Assembly: GCF_009914755.1 (NCBI RefSeq)
Contig: NC_060925.1
DNA from: the human T2T-CHM13v2.0 reference genome, Homo sapiens
Reading direction: 5' to 3' (one strand)
DNA length: 64,000 nt
This document shows, one piece after another, positions 1 to 11,127 of the stretch. The position numbers and the translations under genes were made by a program. The notes beneath the pieces were generated by a model. That model was not told where the DNA came from and ran no database searches. It worked only from the letters and a program-made list of their open reading frames with translations. Each line of letters begins with the position of its first letter. Positions within the stretch are counted from its first letter, which is position 1.

Positions 1-1359
1 GCAGGTGCTATTCATGATACATTCTTTATATTAATCTTAAAGTACATTCTTTTGCAAGGATGAGTGGTCAGTACTCATCTTCTTCATACTAATGAACATG
101 GTTGAAAGAAGGTCCTGTGTGCAACTGCAAAATAGATAGCAAATGCTCACCAAGGATTTCTTTTACAAGTTTCTCACTCCTGTAACATCAAAGCAAAGAA
201 AAGTTGGGTGTGAAAAAAGCAGTCTCTAAGAAGAGAAGGAAAATGTCAGAGTGAGGTAGTTTTTTTTTTTTTTCCCTACATTAATTACAAGAAAACTTTT
301 AGGCAAGACTATTTGGGAAAAAAAATTGGAAAAACAAGGTCATATATGTCTTTCTTAATTTGCAAAGTGAGTTAGAGAATTGAGACAATTTTCTGGATAA
401 CCTAGGCCCAATCATAATTTCACTAGAAACTCATTAATGCGGCAAAATTGTATGTGAATGCATGTTTTCATCCTTGCTTGTTTTATCTGAACATTTCTTT
501 CAAATCTCTTGAAGTAGGCATGAAAGAGGCATTTTAAGTTCATTTTCATGTAAACTGGGTGAACACTTACAGAGCTCAAGTTTGGCTTAGAGTTCATTTT
601 TCTTGCCCTATACAGGAAAGTAGCTTTGTAGCCTTTGATTTTTATACCTCTAAGTTATCAGTTAATATTTTGCTTCTCCAAGGAGAGAGAAATTTTAACC
701 ACAAATAAGGGTCTTGAATTAATTTTGTACATTTCAAAGTGCTCACCACTTTTCCTGGATTTAATTATAATTATGTCAATTTGTTATATTTACTCTATAA
801 CTACAATAACTGCTCTGCATTTATTTATAGTACAGTTCAGAGAGGAGTTGAACAGGTTGTGTATACTGTATGTTAATGACACTTTAAGAGCACATAGAAT
901 CAGTGTGTATTTTCTCAGTGGAATTACACATTAGCAAACCTCTCAGGTGTGGAAACAAAGGTTAAAAATGTGTTCCTAAATTTGAATTATAAAATCAAAT
1001 GTGAATACCGCACAGCATAAAAGGAAATCTGATTTGTAATATAGATGCTGTTTGTCTTGTTTTAGCAGATTCTTTTTCAGAGTGTAGTGTACCCTCTCTA
1101 ACTCTTATTGTAGCACCAATACTTCTGTTACGTAACATTTAACAAACAGTAGTATTTGCTTCTTGGAAACAAAAGTATGGACAAATGCCTTGATATTATG
1201 GTCCACAGCTTCATTAGCATGTTGGGTAAAATGCAGCATTAAAGTGTAGATGAACACTGTTTAGATGGGTTGCTGAAATATTTTTTCCTTGTTTCTGTCA
1301 AAGTGTCTATCAATGAGATCATTAACCTTATTTTTAAAAAACCCTCAGAATTAGACTTA

Positions 1360-1725
1360 TGTACTATGATAAAGACAAAGACTCCAGTTTTGATGTTTGA
1401 TCTTTAACTATTTGCAAGATCCACGCTTCCCCTTTCCCTTTTACTTAACAACTGGATAAGCTGGTAAGAAAGCTGCAGACTTCCCCCCTCGGTGCTGGTG
1501 GAAGTTAAAAGCACACATATCCCGGCCTACGAGTGAACATTCCCCCTAGCCACACCTCCTAACTACAATTAAAATCAGAATCATCCTTCTCCCTTGATCT
1601 TCTTGTTTCACTCCAGACCAAACTTCAGCCCTTCTCCTCAGTAATTATTTAGATGTTTATTGTGTGAATAATAAACTTTATTCATTTTTATATCCATTAG
1701 TGCCTATGTGTCATTCATCCCAACT
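1360..1725 (+). mobile_element. Old ERVL-type solo LTR (MER74/MER54/LTR53-like), approximate bounds
   Basis: LTR-like layout with AATAAA near 1670 followed by a GT-rich U5. Family assigned only by recalled resemblance. Confidence 0.35.
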
Positions 1726-1726
1726 T

Positions 1727-2034
1727 ACATATGAAGATTTTTAGTGGTGATTTCTGAGATTTTGGTGTACCCATCACCTGAGCAGTGTACACTGTACCCA
1801 ATGTGTAGTCTTTTATTCTTCACCCCCCAATCCTTTCTCCCAAATCCCCAAAGTCCATTGTATCATTCTCATGTCTTTGCATCCTCATAGCTTAGCTCCA
1901 ACTTGTGAGTAAGAACTGGTTTTCCATTCCGGAGTTACTTCACTTAGAATAATGGTCTCCAATTCCATCCAGGTTGCTTTGACGGCCATTATTTTGATCC
2001 TTTTTATGCCTGAATAGTATATAGTATTCCATGG

Positions 2035-2099
<65 letters not shown>

Positions 2100-2600
2100 C
2101 TTTACCCACTCATAGATTGATGGGCATTTGGGCTGGATTCCATATTTTTGTAATTATGAATTGTGCTGCTATAAACATACATGTGTAAGTATCTTTGTCA
2201 TATAATGACTTCTTTTCCAGTAGAATTGCTGGATCAAATGGTAGTTATACTTTTGGTTCTTTAAGGAAACTCCCTACTGCTTTCTATAGTAGTTATACTA
2301 GTTTACATTCCCACCAACAGTGTAAAATTGTTCCTTTTCCACCACATCCCTGCCAACATATATTATTTTTTAATTTTTTTCTTTATTATGGCCATTCTTG
2401 CAGGAGTGAGGTGGTATCACATTGTGGTTTTGATTTGAATTTCCCTGATCAATAGTGATGTTGAGCATTTTTTCATGTTTGTTGGTCATTTGTATATCTT
2501 CTTTTGAGAATTGTCTATACATGTCCTTAGTCCACTTTTTGATGGGATTGTTTGTTTTGTTTTTGCTGATTTGTTTGAGTTCCTTGTAGATTCTGGATGT
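1727..2600 (-). mobile_element. L1PB-type LINE-1 3' fragment (3'UTR and ORF2 C-terminus) without poly(A) tail
   Basis: Diagnostic antisense 3'UTR tttagtggtgatttctgagattttggtgtacccatcacctgagcagtgtacactgtacccaatg, followed by standard L1 antisense sequence. Confidence 0.9.
2036..2095. repeat. Pure (TA)~30 microsatellite inside the L1 3'UTR
   Basis: Read directly from the sequence. Confidence 0.97.
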
Positions 2601-3684
2601 AATATACTTCTAAGAATATCTAAATGTGCTGTTAATAACATATATAGCAATGCTCCTTAACATCTGAAAGATTTTATGGAGGCTTTAGCTCATAAAGCTA
2701 CATGAGAAAAATAGTGCTTATTAGACATGCCTATCCAGAATTTCAAATCCTTTTATAAATCATTAGAAAATAAGGATGAAATGAATAAGCAATGTTGTCA
2801 AAATGATATGGCATTAGCAACTACAGTGATACTAATAAGAAAAGAGGATTAGAAAGACATTCGAAAACTAGCTCACAAAAGGAATAATAAAATGATTTCT
2901 ATAAAAGGCTATTTTGAATACTGGCCATTTTTTCATGTTTATGTTTTATGGATGAATATAGATGTGATTGAATGTGATTGATGGGTCTTATGAGAGAGTA
3001 GAGGGATTTTAAAGTCCAAATATTTGGATGGATAGGTTTAGAATCAAGTAAAAATGAACCCAGGTGGTAAGAGAATAGCATGATATGAATAATAATTTAT
3101 GAAAAAATGAATAAAATGATCTTTTTACTTTTTCTCTTTTAATTTGCACATTCCAAAACCTAGTAAATATTGTTGGGGCAGAACATTTAGGAAAGAAGCA
3201 AACTAAAATCTGTGGAGTGCCTATCATATGTTTTCATCTTACATAAATTTATTTCACTTAGGCCTCATAGCAATCTTATGAGGGGCGTAAAATATCTCCA
3301 AATGATAGCTTTAGTTCATGTGTCTCAAAGATATTCTTTATTTGTTGAGAAGAATGTTTTAAAATTTTGGAATCTAAATTATTTTGGGTGAGAAATTCTC
3401 TCTCAGTTAACCACAGATGAACTCTTCTCTTGATACCTTTGACCCCCACACCTGACTGATCCCCAAAAGCCTTTGTTATGATAGATATTAAGTATTTTGA
3501 TATGAAGAACAGAAAATGGGGCTAAGAAATTTAAGCAACTTTCATACATTTGAAAAACTAGCACCTGGCATAGAAGGAATCCAGGCAAATAATTAAAGGT
3601 CCCTCTCTATGTTTATTTTCTTCTTTCTCAATCCCCATGCCCAACCTCATATATCCTCATCTTCACTCCTATAGTAAGAAGTAT

Positions 3685-4212
3685 AATGTCCCTCCAATAA
3701 TGCTCATATCCTAATCCTAGAAACTGTGAACATGTTATTTTACATGGTAAAGGAAAATTCAGTTTGCAGATGGAATTGAAGTTGCTAATCATTTGGCCTT
3801 AAAATAGCGATCCCGTATTATCCAGGTAGACCCAATTGAATTACATGTGTTTTTAAAAGTAGAGCACCTTTCCTGCTGGTTCAGAGATATGAGACAGAAG
3901 GAGGAGGAGAGATTTAATGTGAAAGGTGCTAGATCTGTACTAAGTATAATCAAAGATGGAGGAAGCCATCATGAGACAAGGAATGTGTGTGGCCTCTTAA
4001 AGCTGGGAGTGGCCCTTGGTTGACAGCCAGCAAGGACACAAAAATCTCAGGCCTACAACTGCCAGGAACTCAATCTTGCCACAACTCAAATGTGCAGAAA
4101 ATGGATTATTCTCTAGATCCTGTAGAAATTGTAAGATTATAAATTTATGCTGTTTATGCCATGAAATTTGAGGTAATTTATTTAGGCAACAACAGCAAAT
4201 TGCTGTAACCAC
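3685..4212 (+). mobile_element. MLT1D/E-type MaLR solo LTR
   Basis: Typical MLT1 motifs: atcctaatcctagaaactgtgaacatgtta, gcagatggaattgaagttgctaatca, acagccagcaagga, and 3' end ataaatttatgctgtttatgcc. Confidence 0.75.
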
Positions 4213-4796
4213 AAAGGAAAAATGTTATCAATCTAATTTCATAGCATCATTTGGACCAACAGCTAGTAGGTGCCATCACTACATTAAAATATCACAAAGG
4301 GCTCTTGCTTGTACTATGTCAGTGTAGGAAGGGCTAAAATTCTCCCTGTGGCTGTTTTGTTCTTTCTCTCAGTTGTACTTGGGATCACTGCAGCTACAGC
4401 TGCAAACTGTGAAGTCGGTGACAAGTGAACCATGTTTTCTCTCTCTCTGATAATGGGGTGTATGTGTTTGTGTGGGTTTGCAAGACTACCACTCAGACAG
4501 GTGGTAGTGTGGGGACAAAGGTAGGCCCTGACATTTACAAGACCTAATGTTATTTAGACTTTATTAAGTAACATTTAGAAATAATGGTATACCTAGCTAC
4601 CAAAGTTGTCTGCCTTTGGGTTGGGGGCCAATGCTATGATTAATAATAAAAATTTGTGTTTTTTCCCAACTAAAATTATTTGTTGTGTTCAACTTAGCTC
4701 TGGAAACTTATGGTTGCCTTGTCTCATGCAGATTTTGAATAATTCCAGGTTCTCTGTCTTCTAGCAGGTTTGAGCCTAGGACAGAAACCATTTATG

Positions 4797-4883
4797 TTTT
4801 ACAATGTATTAACTAGCCCACCACCTGATCTAGTGCAATGTATTTTACAATGTATTAACTAGCCCACCACTGATCTAGTGCAA
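4797..4883. repeat. Tandem duplication, about 46-bp period, 2 copies
   Basis: ttttacaatgtattaactagcccacca(c)ctgatctagtgcaa occurs at 4797 and 4843. Confidence 0.95.
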
Positions 4884-5864
4884 AGTTATCAAGTTGGATA
4901 ATTACCACTAAGAGTTCAATGCCTAGCATATAATACAGCTATGTTGAATTAAGTGAGGTTCCACAGAAAATATAGGACATAAAGAAGATTTATTTCTAAG
5001 CTCTGCTGACACAGTGAGAACACTTGAATGCATTAACAAGAAAACATCTAAATCACACTTCCTAATAAAAATATGTCTTGATTTTATTTTATAGTTCCTA
5101 TCCCAAAGCAAGTACCATTTTCTAATAAGAAAAAAGCAATTAACAATTTAACCTTAATATAATATTATACTAAGTGATTTTGTCGCTATAGGCAAAATAT
5201 CTACTACTCTCAAGATAAAGGAAATCTGGAAAGGGCATGGTGCCGTTTTTCCCACCCTCTTAGGATCTGATATTATTTTAAATTCCATTAACAAAAGGAA
5301 GGCATTCCCTTTTGGTGGGACATGCTTCTGGAAGAACCTAAAGCTAGTTAACTGAAGGGGAAGATAGCCTATCTGGTCATATCTGTGGAGAGAAGGTGCA
5401 GGTGATTTTCTCCAGATGAGGTATTGTTTGTGCCTGAAGGTTCAGTAGCTTTTATAAAGACGGCTTTGTATTTCTGTGCTCTCGGTAAAATTATAGTAAC
5501 TAAAATTGAAGTTCAGCTAGTAAAACACAATTACCCTTTTCAAATGCCACTGAATCCTCAGACAAATTTGAGGATGACACTGAGGTCCTCCTTTAATTAA
5601 GGGGGCAACACTCAAGGGACTCTTCTGAGCTCAGTGCCTCATGTGGTGTCAATCAACTCTGAGCTATAGAATTATGATTTCCTAATCATTTTTATAATAA
5701 ACTTATTCAGGAATACTTGTGTACTGAATATTATATAATAAACTTATCATTTGGATAATAATCCAAATACTTCAATATATTTAGTATACTTCAGAAATAC
5801 TTCAATGAACTGAATTTCCACTATGTGCCATGGAATAAAACTATTTATTATATTTATTGCCTTT

Positions 5865-6118
5865 CTACTATCTTACCAATCCAGTATTGTAGGCACTATC
5901 ATTCCCATTTTCAGGGGAAGAAAAGTGAGACAAAGTGAGGTTCAGAGATTTAACTTTCAAGGTCATTACATGATACCTCAGTGTATCTCTACCTTTTGGT
6001 CTCCTCTACAATGTGAGATGTGTAATTCATTGTTTGTATTTTGTGATATTCTGAAAAAAGGAAACAAAATATATTCCTTTCAAATTTAGGTAATGTGGTT
6101 TCAAACCCAGGGGTGTCT
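5865..6118 (-). mobile_element. MIR SINE remnant interrupted by a 123-bp insertion
   Basis: MIR core cccattttcaggggaagaaaagtgagac...aaggtca, resuming as ttcaaacccagg after 6098. Confidence 0.6.
5976..6098 (+). repeat. Dispersed direct repeat, copy 1 (partner at 13216-13340)
   Basis: cctcagtgtatctctaccttttggt...caaatttaggtaatgtgg is near-identical at both sites. Confidence 0.95.
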
Positions 6119-6452
6119 ATCAGTTAATCATATTATTTAATTTTTTATTTCAATAGGCTTTTGGGGAACAGGTGATGTTTGATTACATAAATAAGTTCTT
6201 TAGTGGTGATTTCTGAGATTTTGTTGTACCCATTATCTGAGCAAAGTACACTATACCCCATGTGTTGTCTTTTATCCTTCACCCCCCTCTCCCACTTTCC
6301 CCAAGTCCCCAAAGTCCACTTTTATGTCTTTGCATTCTCACAGCTGAGCTCCCACTTATGAGTGAGAACATACAATGTTTGGTTTTCCATTCAGAGTTAC
6401 TTCACTTAGAAGAATGGTCTCCGATTCCACCCAGGTTGCCATTACCTTATTC

Positions 6453-6455
<3 letters not shown>

Positions 6456-6493
<38 letters not shown>

Positions 6494-6633
6494 TCCATGT
6501 ATATACATATATACACACACATATATATACATGGAATATATATATATACATATATACATATACATATATGTGTATATATATGTACAAACACATATAATTC
6601 TATAATATATATTATATTGGTATATATATATAT
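6456..6633. repeat. (TG)n plus (TA/CA)-rich compound microsatellite in the L1 3'UTR
   Basis: Read directly from the sequence. Confidence 0.95.
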
Positions 6634-8380
6634 AAAATTTCTTTACTCACTCATAGATTGATGGGCATTTGGGCGGGTTCCATATTTTGGCAATGGAGAA
6701 TTGTGCTGCTATAAACATGCATGTCCAAGTATCTTTTTTATATAATGACTTCTTTCCTTCTGGGTAGATACCTAGCAGTGGAATTGCTGGATCAAATGGT
6801 AGCTCTATTTTTAGTACTTTACAAAATCTCCACACTGTTTTCAATAGGGTTGTACTGGTTTACATTCCCATCAGCAGTGTAAAAGTGTTCCCTTTTCACC
6901 ACATGTACACCAACATCTATTTTTTTTTTTATAGCCATTCTTGCAGGAGTGAGGTGCTATCACATTGTGGTTTTGATTTGCATTTCCCTGGTTATTAGCG
7001 ATGTTGAACATTTTTTCATATGTTTGTTGGCCATTTGTATATCTTCTTTTGAGAATTGTTTATTCATGTCCTTAGCCCAATTTTTGATGGGATTGTTTTT
7101 GTTTTGCTGATTTGTTGGAGTTCCTTATAGATTCTAAACATTAGTCCTTTGTCAAATGTTTAGATTGCAAAGAGTTTCTTCCACTGCATGGGTTGTCTGT
7201 TTACTCTGCTGATTGTTTCTTCTACTGTGCAGAAGTTTTTTAGTTTAATTAAGTCCCATCTATTTATTTTTGTTTTTATTGTATTTGCTTTTGGGTTCTT
7301 GGTCTTGGTCATGAAGTCTTCACTTAAGCCAATGTCTTGAAGAGTTTTTCCAAAGTTATCTTCTAGAATTTTTATGGTTCCAGGCCTTAGAGTTGTCTTT
7401 GATTCATCTTGAGTTGATTTTTGTATGAGGTGAGAGATGAGGATCCAGTTTCATTCTTCTACATGTGGCTTGTCAATTATCCCAGCATAATTTGTTGAAT
7501 AGGGTGTCTTTTCCCCACTTTACGTTTTTGTTTGCTCTGTCAAGGATCAATTGTCTGTAAGTATTTGGATTTATTTCTGGTTCCCTATTCTGTTCCATTG
7601 GTCCATGTGCCTATTTTTATACCAGTACCATGCTGTTTATACTAGTACCATGGATGGCCTTATAGTACACTTTGAAGTCAAGTAATATGATGCCTCCAGA
7701 TTTGTTCTTTTTGCTAAGTCTTGCTTTGGCTATGTGGACTCTTTTTTGGTTCTATATGAATTTTAAGATTGTTTTTTCTAGGTCTCTGAAGAATTACGGT
7801 GGTATTTTGATGAGAATTGCATTGAATTTGTAGATTGCTTTTGACAATATGGTCATTTTCACAATATTAATTCTACCGACCCATGTGCATGGGATATGTT
7901 TCCATTTGTTTGTGTTGGCTATGATTTCTTTCAGCAGTGTTTTGTAGTTTTCCTTGCAGAGGTATTTCACCTCCTTGGTTGAGTATATTCCCAAATTTTG
8001 CACCTATTGTAAAAGGGGTTGAGTTATTGATTTGATTCTCACCTTGGTTGCTGTTTGTGTATAGCAGGGCTACTAATTTGTGTACATTAATTCTGTATCC
8101 TGAAACTGCTGAATTTATCAGTTCTAGGAGCTTTTTAGAGGAGTCTCTGGGGTTTTCTAGGTATGCGATTATATCATCAGCAAACAGTGACAGTTTGACT
8201 TCCTCTTTACTGATTTGAATGCCATTTATTTCTTTTTCTTGTCTGATGGTTCTGGTTAGGACTTCTAGTACTATGTTGAATAGAAGTGGCAACAGTGCGC
8301 ATCCTTGTCTTGTTCCTGTTCTGAGGGGGAATGCTTTCAACTTTTCCCTGTTAAGTATAGTGTTGGCTGTGGGTTTATTG

Positions 8381-8692
8381 TCACATGATAAACTCGATAG
8401 ACACAGAAAAAAATTGACAAAATGCAGCATCCCTTTATGATTAAAACCCTCAGCAAAATTGACATAGAAGGGACGTACCTTAAGGTAATAAAAGCCATCT
8501 AGGACAAACCCACAGCCAACATTATACTTAACAGGGAAAAGTTGAAAGCACTCCCCCTCAGAACAAGAACAAGACAAGGATGCCCACTGTCGCCATTTTT
8601 ATTCAACATAGTACTAGAAGTTCTAACCAGAGCCATCAGACAAGAGAAATAAATACATGGCATTCAAATCAGTAAAGAGGAAATCAAACTGT
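8381..8692 (+). repeat. Inverted L1 ORF2 segment; 8506-8692 is an inverted repeat of 8190-8376
   Basis: Sense-orientation L1 RT sequence embedded in the antisense L1. The arms align as reverse complements by hand. Confidence 0.93.
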
Positions 8693-10686
8693 TGTGATTT
8701 GTTTTTAATTCTGTTTATGTAGTGTATCACAGTTATTGACTTGCATATGTTAAATCATCCCTGAATCCCTGGTATGAAACCCACTTGATCATGGTGGATT
8801 ATCTTTTTGATATGTTGTTGGATTTGGTTAGCTAGTATTTTGTTAAGGATTTTTGCATCTATGTTTATCAGGAATGTTGGTCTGTAGTTTTTTGTTGTTG
8901 TTGTATCCTTTCCTGGTTTTGGTGTTAGGGTGATACTGGTTTAATAGAATGATTTAGGGAGGATTCCCTCTTTCTCTATCCAGTGGTACTATTTCTTCTT
9001 TGAATGTCTGAAAGAATTCAGCTGTGAATCCATCTGGTTCTGGACTTTTTATATTTTTTGGCAATTTTTAAATTATTATTTCAATCTCATTGCTTGTTAT
9101 TAGTCTGTTCAGAGTTTCTATTCCTTCCTGGTTTAATCTAGGAGGGTTGTAGATTTCCAGGAATTTCTCCATCTCCTCTAGGTTTTCTAGTTTATGTGCA
9201 TAAAGGTGTCCATATTAGCCTTGGATGATTATTTTTTTAAATTCCTGTGGTATGGTTATAATATCTCCCATTGTGTTTCTAATTGAGCTTATTTGGATCT
9301 TTTCTTTTCTTGGTTAATCTCACTAATGGTCTATCCACTTGATTTATCTTTTCAAAGAACCAGCTTTTTGTTTCATTTATCTTTTGTATTTTTTTGTTTG
9401 TTTGTTCCAATTTCACTTAGTTTGGTCTGATCTTTTGTTATTTCATTTCTCCTGCTGGGTTTGGGTTTGGTTTGTTCTTGTTTCTCTAGTACCTTGAGGT
9501 ATCACCTTAGATTGTCCATTTGTGCTCTTTCAGACTTTTTGATGTAGACATTTAAGGCTATGAACTTTCCTCTTGGTACTGCCTTTGCTGTATTCCAGAG
9601 ATTTTGATAGGTTGTGTCACTATTACCATTCAGTTCAAATAATTTTTTAATTTCCATCTTGATGTCATTGTTGACCAGAAGATAATTCAGGAGCAGGTTA
9701 TTTAATTTCCTTAGCTTTGAGTTGATTTCCAATATTATTCTACTGTGGTCTGAGAGAGTACTTGATATAATTCCAATTTTCTTAAATTTATTGAGACTTG
9801 TTTTGTGGCCTATCATATGGTCTATCTTGGAGAACATTCTATGTGCTGATGAATAGAATGTATATTCTGCAGTTGTTGGGTAGAGTGTTCTGTAAAATAT
9901 CTGTTAAGCCCATTTGTTCTAAGGTATAGTTTAAATCCATTATTTCTTTTTTGACTTTCTGTCTTGATGACCTGTCTAGTGCTGTCAGTGCAGTATTAAA
10001 GTCTCCCACTATTATTGTGTTGCTGTCTATCTCATTTGTAAGATTTAGTAGTAATTATTTTATTTTATAAATTTGAGATCTCCAGTGTTAGGTGCATATA
10101 TATTTAGGATATTTTCCTGTTGGACAAGTCATTTATCATGATATAATGTCCCTCTTTGTCTTTTTTAACTGTTCCTGCTTAAAGGCTTTTTTGTCTGATA
10201 TAAGAATAGCTACTTCTGCTTGCTTTAGGTGTTCATTTGCATGGAATAATGTTTTCTACCCCTTTACCTTAAGTTTATGTGAGTATGTGTCAGGTGAGTC
10301 TCTTGAAGACAACAGATACTTGGTTGGTGAATTCTTATTCATTTTGCCATTCTGTATCTTTTAAACGAAGTATTTAGGCCATTTACATTCAACATTAGTA
10401 TTGAGATGTGAGGTACTCTTCTATTTATCATGCTATTTGTTGCTGAATACCTTGTGGTTTCTTTTTTTTTCATTGTGTTTTTGTTTTACAGATCCTGTGA
10501 GATTTATGATTTAAGAAGTTTAAATTTTGGTGTATTTTGAGGATTTGTTTCAAGATTTAGAGCTCCTGTTAGCAATTCTTGTAGTGCTGGCTTGGTAGTG
10601 GTGTATTCTCTCAGCATTTGTTTGTCTGGAAAAGACTGTATCTTTCCTTCATTCACGAAGCTTAGTGTCACTGTATACAAAATTCT

Positions 10687-11127
10687 CGTTTCATGCATCT
10701 GTGTGAAGAGACCACCTAAGCAGGCTTTCAGTGAGTAACAAGGCTCTTTGTTTTCACTTGGGTGCAAGTGGGCTGAGTCCAAAAAGAGAGTCAGCAAAGG
10801 GTGATAGGGATGGGGCAGTTTTACAGGATTTGGTTAGGTAGTGGAAAGTTACAGTTAAAGGTGGTTATCTCTTACAGGTGGGGTTGGGGGTCACAAGGTG
10901 CAGGGTGGGGAGATCATGAGACTCATTGTCCAGGGGAGCAATGTCCCAAGGTCAATTGATTAGTTACGGTGGGGCAGAAACAAATCACGATGGTGAATGT
11001 CATCAGTTAAGGCAGAAATTGGCTGTTTCATTTCTTTTGTGGTTCTTCAGTTGCTCCAGGCCATCTGGATATATACGTGCAGGTCACAAGGGTTATGATG
11101 GCTTAGCTTTGGCTCAGAGGCCTGACA
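10687..11127 (-). mobile_element. LTR7-family (HERV-H) solo LTR, probably an older subfamily (LTR7B/C)
   Basis: Minus strand starts TGTCAGGCCTCTGAGCCAAAGCTAAGCC and ends TCTCTTCACACAGATGCATGAAA. 5-bp TSD attct at 10682-10686 and 11128-11132. Confidence 0.93.

Noticed and set aside
6262-6661. ORFs rich in CV/YI/HT repeats (also near 18.1-18.3, 25.5-25.9, 35.1 and 37.7 kb)
   Set aside because: These are translations of dinucleotide microsatellites.
7873-8577. 234-aa ORF with an RT-like LFADD motif
   Set aside because: It is a chimera created by the local inversion: antisense L1, then a short RT piece, then a frameshifted tail. Not a functional RT.
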